Source: an uncultured Nitrospinaceae bacterium (lineage in GTDB: Bacteria; UBA8248). Taken from it: a stretch of 60,509 nt of DNA. Position numbers and translations under genes: made by a program. The stretch lies in the NCBI GenBank assembly GCA_964620535.1, contig CAZUHN010000237.1:1-60509 (forward strand), in the 5' to 3' direction. Under the pieces are notes generated by a model that saw nothing but the letters and a program-made list of their open reading frames with translations, was not told the DNA's origin and made no database searches. Below are positions 11,101-19,445 of the stretch, in pieces. Position 1 is the stretch's first letter. Each line of letters opens with the position of its first letter.

Positions 11101-13173
11101 ATGATTTCGTACATCTGGCTCGTCCCGCTTTTGCCGGCGATCGGCGTTCTCATCAACGGATTTTTGGGGGCGAAGTACACGCGTGAAAAGGCGGGCCACA
11201 TTGCCTGCCTGATGACGGGCCTTTCATTTCTCGTTGCGCTTTTAATCAGTTTCGAGATGATTTTTGGCGAAGGGGGCAGCCATACGGTTCATCTCTGGAG
11301 CTGGATCGCAGCGGGTGATTTGAATGTATCGGTAAGCCTGCTCGTTGACCCCCTGAGCACAATTATGCTCCTCGTGGTGACGGGGGTGGGCTTCGTCATC
11401 CACGTCTACTCGCTGGGCTATATGCACGGAGATCCCGGCTACCCCCGGTTTTTCACCTACCTGAACCTATTCATGCTCTCCATGCTCATCCTCATTTTGG
11501 CGGACAACTTTCTCCTCATGTTCGTCGGTTGGGAAGGGGTTGGCCTTTGCAGCTATTTGTTGATCGGATTCTGGTACGAGAAACAATCGGCCTCTGACGC
11601 AGGCAAGAAGGCCTTCATCGTGAATCGGGTGGGGGACGCGGGTTTCCTCCTTGGCATGTTCCTTATCTGGGTTCTGACGGGAAGCCTGACCTACAGTGAA
11701 GTATTTAAAGAGGCGCCCCAACTTTCGGCGGCGGGAGCGAGCGCCATTGGGCTTTTTCTCTTCATCGGCGCAATGGGGAAAAGCGCGCAAATTCCGCTTT
11801 ATGTCTGGCTCCCGGACGCGATGGAGGGCCCCACGCCGGTGAGCGCTCTGATCCATGCGGCCACCATGGTCACCGCTGGGGTCTACATGGTGGCGCGCTC
11901 AAGCCATATCTACGTCATGGGGGGCGCCATCCCCCTTGATTTCCTGGGGCTCGAAATCCCATCGGTGCTCGAAGTCATCGCCGTGGTGGGTGCCCTCACG
12001 GCTTTGATGGCCGCTACGATCGGTCTCGTCCAAAATGATATCAAGCGCGTCTTGGCCTATAGCACGGTGAGCCAGCTCGGCTTCATGTTCATGGCCCTCG
12101 GCGTGGGCGCCTTCACGGCCGGCATCTTCCACCTCATGACCCATGCCTTTTTCAAGGGACTTCTCTTTCTCGGAAGTGGAAGCGTCATTCACGCCCTGCA
12201 TCACGCCCCCGTGGACCAACAGCAAGACATGCGCTATATGGGTGGGCTTCGCACGAAGATGCCCGTTACCTACTGGACCTTCGTGATAGGTGCGGTCGCG
12301 ATTGCGGGGGTCCCGCCGCTGGCTGGATTCTGGAGCAAGGATGAGATTCTCGCCAATGCGTTTTTCACCGGCCATTTTCCCATCTGGGCCATCGGAACCG
12401 TCGCCGCCTTCATGACCGCTTTTTATATGTTCCGGCTCATTTTCATGACTTTCCACGGGGAGATGCGCGTGGACCATCACGCCCGTGAGTATATTCATGA
12501 ATCACCCGCATCCATGACAGTGCCCCTCGTGATATTAGCTATCCTCAGCGTCATTGGAGGAATCATTCCGGGATTTCCGCCTGAGGGGGGGTGGATCCAT
12601 GGGTTTCTCGAACCCTCTCTCGCTACCCTGGGAGGTGGACACGCCGCGGCCGACCCGCGGATCATTTTCGTTTCCACTGCGGCGGAAGGGACGAATGGCG
12701 GAGGTCATGGAGGACCGGCTGCGCCTTTGCTTGTCGTGCTCGCCATCGCAGTTGCTCTCGGGGGCATCGCACTGGCCTGGCATATGTATATTCGAAGGCC
12801 CGCCACTCCAGATTTCCTCGCGGCCCAATTTCCCGGGTTGTACCGGATCTTCCTAAACAAATACTACGTAGATGAGTTCTATCAGACCTACATCGTCGAG
12901 CCCATCTACCGTCTCATGAATTTTCTTTGGGACTTTGACGCCAAGGTAGTCGATGGCGCGGTCAACGGGAGCAGTCTTATTACGGTGGTAACCTCTCGTT
13001 TTTCGGGAATTTTCGATCTTCAGACGGTAGACGGCGCCGTGAACGGAACCGGGTCGGTCGTCCGATTTTTCTCGCAGGCGCTGAAATTCATACAGTCCGG
13101 CATGGTACAAAACTATGTTTTCTTTATGTTGATCGGTTTATTTTTGATGCTCAGCGGCTACCTTTTCCGCTAG
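11101..13173 (+). CDS. nuoL: NADH-quinone oxidoreductase subunit L (copy 2), with extended C-terminal region
   Basis: 690 aa with core GKSAQIPLYVWLPDAMEGPTPVSALIHAATMVTAGVY. It is 54 aa longer than copy 1, owing to a Gly/His-rich loop insertion and a 26-residue tandem duplication in the lateral-helix segment. Confidence 0.94.
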   Translation: MISYIWLVPLLPAIGVLINGFLGAKYTREKAGHIACLMTGLSFLVALLISFEMIFGEGGSHTVHLWSWIAAGDLNVSVSLLVDPLSTIMLLVVTGVGFVIHVYSLGYMHGDPGYPRFFTYLNLFMLSMLILILADNFLLMFVGWEGVGLCSYLLIGFWYEKQSASDAGKKAFIVNRVGDAGFLLGMFLIWVLTGSLTYSEVFKEAPQLSAAGASAIGLFLFIGAMGKSAQIPLYVWLPDAMEGPTPVSALIHAATMVTAGVYMVARSSHIYVMGGAIPLDFLGLEIPSVLEVIAVVGALTALMAATIGLVQNDIKRVLAYSTVSQLGFMFMALGVGAFTAGIFHLMTHAFFKGLLFLGSGSVIHALHHAPVDQQQDMRYMGGLRTKMPVTYWTFVIGAVAIAGVPPLAGFWSKDEILANAFFTGHFPIWAIGTVAAFMTAFYMFRLIFMTFHGEMRVDHHAREYIHESPASMTVPLVILAILSVIGGIIPGFPPEGGWIHGFLEPSLATLGGGHAAADPRIIFVSTAAEGTNGGGHGGPAAPLLVVLAIAVALGGIALAWHMYIRRPATPDFLAAQFPGLYRIFLNKYYVDEFYQTYIVEPIYRLMNFLWDFDAKVVDGAVNGSSLITVVTSRFSGIFDLQTVDGAVNGTGSVVRFFSQALKFIQSGMVQNYVFFMLIGLFLMLSGYLFR

Positions 13174-13195
13174 CGGACGGTATTCGGAGGTTTCT

Positions 13196-14785
13196 ATGGG
13201 CAACATCATGGAATTTCCCCTCCTCACGTTGATCACTTTTCTCCCTCTTTTGGGAGGAGTGATCTTGATGCTCTTTTTTAAGAAAGAGCACACAAAGGCC
13301 ATCAAGTCCTTTGCGACAATCGTCGTCTTGGTGGACTTTTTCCTTTCCATTCCTCTTTGGACAAATTTTGATACATCGGAGGCGGGATTCCAATTCTTAG
13401 AGAAAGCGATCTGGATTCCGGCCATCGGTGTGAATTATCTGATTGCAGTGGACGGAATCAGCGTTCTCCTTGTTCTTCTGACGACGCTGACCATGGTCGT
13501 CTCGGTGGTCTGTTCTTATTCCGCGATCAAAGAGCGGGAGAAAGAATATTACGTTTGCATGTTGTTCCTCGCAACGGGAATGATCGGTACATTCGTCTCC
13601 CTTGACCTATTTCTTTTCTACGTATTCTTCGAAATTACCCTTGTTCCGATGTATTTCTTGATTGGAATCTGGGGAGGAACCCGGAAGCTCTACGCCGCAA
13701 TAAAGTTCTTTCTCTACACGCTGTTCGGAAGCGTGCTCATGTTGTTGGGAATCTTGGCTCTGTATTTCTTCAATTTAAAATCGGGGACGGGTCAATTCAC
13801 CTTTAGTCTCCTTGAACTTTATGATGTCGGGCCGAAAATTCCGCTGGAAGTTCAAAATTGGATTTTCTTGGCTTTCTTCGTCGGGTTTGCGATCAAAGTG
13901 CCAATGTTTCCCTTCCACACTTGGCTGCCTGACGCCCACGTAGAGGCCCCCACGGCGGGCAGCGTAATTTTGGCGGGCGTTCTTTTGAAAATGGGAACTT
14001 ACGGTTTTGTCCGCTTCATGCTTCCATTGCTTCCCCAGGCGAGCCAATTTTTTGTCCCCTTCATGGTTCTGCTGGCGATCATCGGAATCATTTATGGCGC
14101 GTTGGTCGCCATGGCCCAGACAGACGTCAAGAAGCTTGTGGCTTACTCGTCGGTTAGCCATCTGGGATTTGTCATGCTGGGCGTTTTTGCTTTGAACCAG
14201 CAGGGCATCCTTGGCGGCCAACTTCAGATGGTCAATCATGGAATAAGCACCGGGGCGCTCTTCCTTCTGGTTGGAATCATTTACGAACGGCGGCACACCC
14301 GCGAGATCACCGATTTCGGCGGACTTTCGAAACAAGTTCCCATTTATTCGACCATATTTGCCATAACCATGCTGAGCAGCATCGGCCTGCCGGGCCTCAA
14401 CGGATTTGTGGGAGAGTTTTTGATTCTGATTGGTGTTTTCAAGGTAAGCAGCCTCTACGCAGCCTTCGCTGTGATTGGAATCATTCTGGGCGCCGCCTAC
14501 ATGCTCTGGCTGTTTCAAAGGATGTTCTTCGGGGTGTTGGAAAATCCGGAGAACCAGAGGCTGACAGACTGTAACAAGCGCGAGGTAGTCTACATGCTGC
14601 CTCTTATATTGTTGATGTTCTGGATCGGTCTATATCCGAAGCCCTTCCTGGATCGCATGGAGAAAAGTGTGAGCAAGGTGGTTCGGATGGTGAATGTGGC
14701 CCAGGCGCCGCAAGGAAAGCGGGTGAGTGCCATTCCGAATCCGGTGGCGTTCCTTAAGGCAAAAGAGGCGCGCCTGGCGCGCTAG
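13196..14785 (+). CDS. nuoM: NADH-quinone oxidoreductase subunit M (copy 2)
   Basis: 529 aa with [40 protein letters not shown], matching copy 1 in this motif. Confidence 0.95.
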   Translation: MGNIMEFPLLTLITFLPLLGGVILMLFFKKEHTKAIKSFATIVVLVDFFLSIPLWTNFDTSEAGFQFLEKAIWIPAIGVNYLIAVDGISVLLVLLTTLTMVVSVVCSYSAIKEREKEYYVCMLFLATGMIGTFVSLDLFLFYVFFEITLVPMYFLIGIWGGTRKLYAAIKFFLYTLFGSVLMLLGILALYFFNLKSGTGQFTFSLLELYDVGPKIPLEVQNWIFLAFFVGFAIKVPMFPFHTWLPDAHVEAPTAGSVILAGVLLKMGTYGFVRFMLPLLPQASQFFVPFMVLLAIIGIIYGALVAMAQTDVKKLVAYSSVSHLGFVMLGVFALNQQGILGGQLQMVNHGISTGALFLLVGIIYERRHTREITDFGGLSKQVPIYSTIFAITMLSSIGLPGLNGFVGEFLILIGVFKVSSLYAAFAVIGIILGAAYMLWLFQRMFFGVLENPENQRLTDCNKREVVYMLPLILLMFWIGLYPKPFLDRMEKSVSKVVRMVNVAQAPQGKRVSAIPNPVAFLKAKEARLAR

Positions 14786-14794
14786 GAATATGCG

Positions 14795-16312
14795 TTGGAG
14801 CCAGGTTTGATGGACATTGTTTTTCCGGACATTTCTTTTTGGCTGGCGGCACCCGAGATCGGGCTTGCTGTCCTAATCGGTATCGTCTTGATTGCGGACC
14901 TTTTTACCCCCCTCGAGAACAAGGCAGCGATGGGCGTCCTGAGCCTGGTCGGCGTCATCCTCCTCGTTTTCGTGAGTTTCTGGCAGTGGGGCGAGGGCAT
15001 GCGGACCACCTTCAGCGGCTTCTATGTGGTGGACAACTTCAGCGTTTTCGTGAAGGTCGTCATCCTTGCCGCCACGGCGCTTTCGATCTCTCTTTCTCTG
15101 CAATACGTGAAAGTCGAGAGAATCAACTACGGCGAGTTCTACGGATTGATCCTTTTCTCGGTGTTCGGGATGCTCGTGATGGCTTCGGGAAATGATCTCA
15201 TCTCGATCTATCTTGGCATTGAGACCATGAGTTTAAGCATCTATGTCCTCGTCGGGTTCATTCGCCATGATCCTCTGAGCCGGGAGGCATCATTAAAATA
15301 TTTCCTGATGGGCGCATTTGCCTCTGGAATCGTTTTGTACGGAATGGCGCTGACGTACGGTATGACAGGCACCACATCACTGGCCGGGATTTCCGAGTCG
15401 CTCTCGGGCGCGGGAGGAGGGGAAATCTCTTCGAATCCTGTCATGATTTTCGCTCTCATTCTTCTTGTGGCGGGTTTCGCGTTTAAGCTTGCTCTTGCTC
15501 CGTTCCATATGTGGCTTCCTGATGCGTATACAGGTGCCCCTACGACAATTACGGCCTTTATGTCGGTTGCCGTGAAGGCCGCCGCGTCCGCGGCATTGAT
15601 TCGTCTTTTTTTCATCGGACTCCAGGTACTGGCACCCAGGTGGAACTTCCTACTATGGCTGCTCGCTGCCTCCACCATGATCTGGGGAAATGTCGCCGCC
15701 ATTGCCCAAACCAGTCTCAAACGGATGCTTGCTTATTCGAGCATTGCCCATGTGGGTTACTTATTGTTGGGTGTGGTAGCGGCCATGACCATCAATGACG
15801 ACGGGAAGGTGGTTTTTAGCAATGAAGGGGTTAGCGCCGTCCTTTTCTATCTGTTGGTATACATGTTCACCAATCTGGGCGCATTCGGGATGCTCATTCT
15901 AATTTGCCGGGAGGGCTATCGGGGGGACAACATCGAGGACTGGCGAGGAGTCGGGCAGGCCCACCCTATCGTCGGACTTTCTTTCGTTGTGTTTTTGCTT
16001 TCATTGGCGGGAATACCTCCCACGGCGGGATTTGTGGGAAAACTAATCCTTTTTGCAGCCGCCATTCAAAACCAATACTATTGGCTTGCCGTGATTGGGA
16101 TACTTTCGAGCGCCGTCTCGATTTACTACTACGGCCACATCATGCGGGTGATGTACATGAACCCGAGGACTACGAGCCAGCCCCCAATTGAATTTTCGAA
16201 ATCCCCCTCTCTTCTGCTCACCCTATTACTATTGGTCATCGCCACCATTGCGCTCGGAATTTTTCCGGGCAGCTTTATCGAAGCGGCTCGAGGATCTGTT
16301 CTGGGCATCTGA
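14795..16312 (+). CDS. nuoN: NADH-quinone oxidoreductase subunit N (copy 2)
   Basis: 505 aa with FKLALAPFHMWLPDAYTGAPTTITAFMSVAVKAA. The start is either the TTG at 14795 or the ATG at 14810. Confidence 0.93.
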   Translation: MEPGLMDIVFPDISFWLAAPEIGLAVLIGIVLIADLFTPLENKAAMGVLSLVGVILLVFVSFWQWGEGMRTTFSGFYVVDNFSVFVKVVILAATALSISLSLQYVKVERINYGEFYGLILFSVFGMLVMASGNDLISIYLGIETMSLSIYVLVGFIRHDPLSREASLKYFLMGAFASGIVLYGMALTYGMTGTTSLAGISESLSGAGGGEISSNPVMIFALILLVAGFAFKLALAPFHMWLPDAYTGAPTTITAFMSVAVKAAASAALIRLFFIGLQVLAPRWNFLLWLLAASTMIWGNVAAIAQTSLKRMLAYSSIAHVGYLLLGVVAAMTINDDGKVVFSNEGVSAVLFYLLVYMFTNLGAFGMLILICREGYRGDNIEDWRGVGQAHPIVGLSFVVFLLSLAGIPPTAGFVGKLILFAAAIQNQYYWLAVIGILSSAVSIYYYGHIMRVMYMNPRTTSQPPIEFSKSPSLLLTLLLLVIATIALGIFPGSFIEAARGSVLGI

Positions 16313-16628
16313 TCTTTCCAAGGATTCATAAGCTTTCCCCATTCCATCAATTAATTTCCCTCCAATCCATTAATTTTTCTGGTAACCACCAAAATTCATT
16401 GACGTATCAATTGTTATGAAGGGAATCCTGCCCTGGCTTAAGAAAAACCAAACTGACAAATTGTCTCAATAATTTCTTGAATTCCTGAAATTGTGTGAAT
16501 GGGTTTCCTTAATATCACTTTATTATTTGAGTTTATACCGTTATATTAATATGGGGAATCGGGTGTAAAGCTTTGTTTTTATGCTTTTAACATTTTATTT
16601 GTATTATTTGAGCACTTTTATAAACGTT

Positions 16629-16644
16629 TGGCATGTCATGTGCG
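16629..16644 (+). promoter_or_regulatory. Sigma-54-like -24/-12 element (tentative)
   Basis: TGGCATGTCATGTGCG has GG and GC at the canonical 12-nt register of TGGCAC-N5-TTGC. It lies in an AT-rich spacer, and the -12 half is GTGC rather than TTGC. Confidence 0.2.
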
Positions 16645-16790
16645 TATATTTAGGTGTCAGGGAACGTCTGAGAATGCCGATAAGAACGGCAGAAAGAAAA
16701 ACAGCTTTTTGTTTAGCTGAAGCCCTCGGTGTTCTTGAGGGAATAGACCAGGAAGGGAGGAGAACCTGGGATTATAATAATTGCCTGCTA

Positions 16791-16818
16791 AGGCGGCTTT
16801 TCCTTAGAAAAGCCGTTT
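16791..16818 (+). terminator. Stem-loop, terminator-like
   Basis: CGGCTTTT (16794-16801) pairs with AAAAGCCG (16808-16815) across the 6-nt loop CCTTAG, followed by TTT. Confidence 0.3.
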
Positions 16819-17060
16819 GCCCCCCGGTGGCCGGTTGCGAAACTCACTCGATGCCGGTCCACTGCATCCCACCAAATGCCCGCAGGGTGACCTGATAGGG
16901 CCCTTTACTTTTTGTCAAAAACAATAAATTGACACTCCTTCTGATCGGATGGAGGTGCAACCTGTTTCAGTTGATAGATAAGCGGCCGAGGGATTCAGGA
17001 TCACACGGAGAAAAACGTATCGTAGCGGAAACTTGCATTGAATTTATTTCGAAAAAAATA

Positions 17061-17642
17061 TCAAGAAAGAAGCCTTTCGATCAGAGCAATTACCTCCCCT
17101 AGGCGCTCCACACGGTAATCACATGAGGGTCCTGGATCGGGTGCAAGGTGAACAGAAATCATTCTCGCCTCTGTGGCGGCCATCATGTCATATCGACCGT
17201 CACCGATAAAAATGCACATCTCTGGTGGCACATCGATTGCCTTTGCACCTGCCAAGACATGCCGGACATCAGGTTTCCAGTGGCCGATGTCCCTCGTGAT
17301 AATTTTATCGATGGATAGCCTGGTCCGTTGAAGCATAAAAGATATGTGTCGCATTGCGTTATTTGTCACCACACCGAAAGGAACATTTTTTGTTGCCAAG
17401 AATTCAAGCAGCTCCACCGCTCCTTCGTTAGCTTCGGCGCGCTCCGCCGCCGCTCGTTCGTGGCGCTCCAGAACCATGGCAATTTGATGCGCGCGATACG
17501 AGGGAGCGGTTGTCAGGAAATCAAGAATCGACACCGAGTCCGTATCGAAATTCATTTCCCGTTTCATGGCCGGCCAGTCGATGACCGGCTTAACAAGAGT
17601 TCCATCAAAATCCAAGAGAACACCATGAAAGATTTTTTCCAA
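17061..17642 (-). CDS. HAD-superfamily hydrolase (phosphatase-like)
   Basis: All four HAD motifs are present: LLDFDGTLV (DxDxT), VVTNN, KPD and GDGRYD. Confidence 0.85.
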   Translation of the reverse strand: MEKIFHGVLLDFDGTLVKPVIDWPAMKREMNFDTDSVSILDFLTTAPSYRAHQIAMVLERHERAAAERAEANEGAVELLEFLATKNVPFGVVTNNAMRHISFMLQRTRLSIDKIITRDIGHWKPDVRHVLAGAKAIDVPPEMCIFIGDGRYDMMAATEARMISVHLAPDPGPSCDYRVERLGEVIALIERLLS

Positions 17643-17654
17643 TCCATTGTCCTT

Positions 17655-18662
17655 TCAGAGCACCTTGCTGATTTCATCAGCATCGAACCGTGGAAGCGGA
17701 AATCGTTTCCCACTTTGGAGAATGGTTACGCCTTCGGCGGGAGGCAGGAGAGTTCCGATCCGGATTCCCAGGCCACCCGCCTCTTCGAGGATCCCCCGAA
17801 GGAAGTTTTCGTTTTCCGGCGGAACGGCGAGTAGAAGCGCCCCCGAGGTGATGACCCCCAAAGGATCAATGCCGAGGGCCGAACAAATGGCCGCTCCCTC
17901 CTGCGAAATTGGAACGGCGTCTTTCTCTACGAGGGCGCCCAGCCGAGCCGCTTCGGCCAACTCGTGCACCCCAGTGGCCAGACCGCCTTCCGTCGGATCG
18001 TGCATTGCGTTGACGAAGCCGGTTTCCGCCGCTGCGAGAGCAAGGCGAACTACGCTGATTCCCGGATCCGTTAAATAGTTTTCCGCTCGATGGATTAAAT
18101 CGGAACCAAGAGTCGGGATGAGTTCTTCCCGCTTCGCCGCTGCCAGGACGGCTGTTCCTTCTACCGGAATTGCACGGGTAAGTAAGATAACGTCACCTGG
18201 TTGGGCACTGTCTCCGCGGACGAGGCGTTCCTTATTTACCTCCCCAAGCATTTGACCGCAGAGAACGGGCCGGGTGAGACCTTGGGTGATCTCTGTGTGT
18301 CCGCCACATAGGGTGATACCAAGATCCTCGCAGGCGCTTCGAACGTCGGCCCAAATAGTTTCCACCATCTTCTCGTCAGCAAGATTTTCAGGAAGAAGAA
18401 GAGTCATCAGAAACCAAAAGGGTTGTGTGCCCATACATGCGATGTCGTTTGCGTTTACGTGCACTGCATACCACCCGATTCGACCTTCGACGAAAGTGAC
18501 GGGGTCGGATTTCGCGACCAGGTAACGATCTCCCAAATCGATGACGGCTGCGTCCTCTCCAACGCGCGGGCCGATGATCAGGCGTGGGTGTCCTTCAAGC
18601 TTCATTAACATTTTTCCGAGCATTTCTGCGGGAAGTTTTCCGACGGGAAGAAAGGTCTTCAC
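17655..18662 (-). CDS. AIR synthase-related protein (PurM/HypE/SelD superfamily)
   Basis: 335 aa with GEDAAVIDLGDRYLVAKSDP, NANDIACMG, GGHTE and DPTEGGLA, the typical PurM-fold ATP-binding motifs. There is no N-terminal Cys/Sec-Gly-x-Lys motif. It sits 12 nt upstream of the HAD gene. Confidence 0.8.
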   Translation of the reverse strand: MKTFLPVGKLPAEMLGKMLMKLEGHPRLIIGPRVGEDAAVIDLGDRYLVAKSDPVTFVEGRIGWYAVHVNANDIACMGTQPFWFLMTLLLPENLADEKMVETIWADVRSACEDLGITLCGGHTEITQGLTRPVLCGQMLGEVNKERLVRGDSAQPGDVILLTRAIPVEGTAVLAAAKREELIPTLGSDLIHRAENYLTDPGISVVRLALAAAETGFVNAMHDPTEGGLATGVHELAEAARLGALVEKDAVPISQEGAAICSALGIDPLGVITSGALLLAVPPENENFLRGILEEAGGLGIRIGTLLPPAEGVTILQSGKRFPLPRFDADEISKVL

Positions 18663-18816
18663 TGTGTCTCCACTTCACGTTTGGGAGCGTACCAAGTCTA
18701 ACAATACAGCTCCTCCTGGACAAAATGATGCGGATGGACCGGCCTAGGCTGTTTATTCCTTGCGCCAATCAATTTGAATTTGAAACGGGTTTTTCTCAAT
18801 TCATTTTCGCAGGGCC

Positions 18817-18845
18817 TTGACGCGTCTAATAGGCCATTTTAGAAT
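18817..18845 (+). promoter_or_regulatory. Sigma-70-like promoter upstream of tRNA-Phe
   Basis: TTGACG (18817-18822), a 17-nt spacer, then TAGAAT (18840-18845), about 85 nt upstream of the tRNA. Confidence 0.45.
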
Positions 18846-18932
18846 CGATTCCTTTTCTGGGGATGGATTTTGTTAAGTATGTGAAAGGTTTTGGCAGCGG
18901 TTCGTGAGAATATCAATTCACTTTCCCATCAT

Positions 18933-19008
<76 letters not shown>

Positions 19009-19445
19009 GTCGAATCGCCCACCCCTCGTCGTCTCCGGATAATGCAGTATTTCTTGTGCATCGCCCGCCCGGTCATCTATATGACAGAATGGGGAATGCG
19101 AAATCGGTGGATGGCTGCGGGGATGTGCCGCCGCTGTCTGCCGCCTGGGGGTTCGCGTACCGGGCGGCCGATTTTCAATCACCCAGAAGTCGCTTTGGGC
19201 ACTCGAAATTCTGGCCGCGTTGGGGTTTTGCTGCGATTAGAGCGTTATCCCGGTGAAGAACTGGCACGATGGAATCTGACGCGCCCTCCCAATATTGGTC
19301 CATTTCGTGAGATGATTTCTGGTCGCTTGGATTTGCCTCCCCCTTTCGGGTCCGGCCTCTATGCGACCCTTCCGGCTGCACCCCTCAAGGAAGAGGTCAA
19401 AGGGCTCTGGCCTCGCGGGAACGCCATGCGAGCCCTTATGCTGGA

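Noticed and set aside
16581-16895. 104-aa ORF in the AT-rich spacer
   Set aside because: It has no RBS, its first third has extremely low G+C unlike any neighbouring gene, and no motif is recognisable. I treated the region as non-coding or regulatory.
17655-18662. Calling the PurM-like gene selD (selenophosphate synthetase)
   Set aside because: The N-terminus (MKTFLPVGKLPAEML) lacks the Cys/Sec-Gly-x-Lys loop essential for SelD. Only superfamily membership is supported.
19009-19445. Genomic-island integration at the 3' side of tRNA-Phe
   Set aside because: I saw no integrase, no direct repeat of the tRNA 3' end, and no cargo genes. It is only a 440-bp non-coding stretch before the SucC-like gene.
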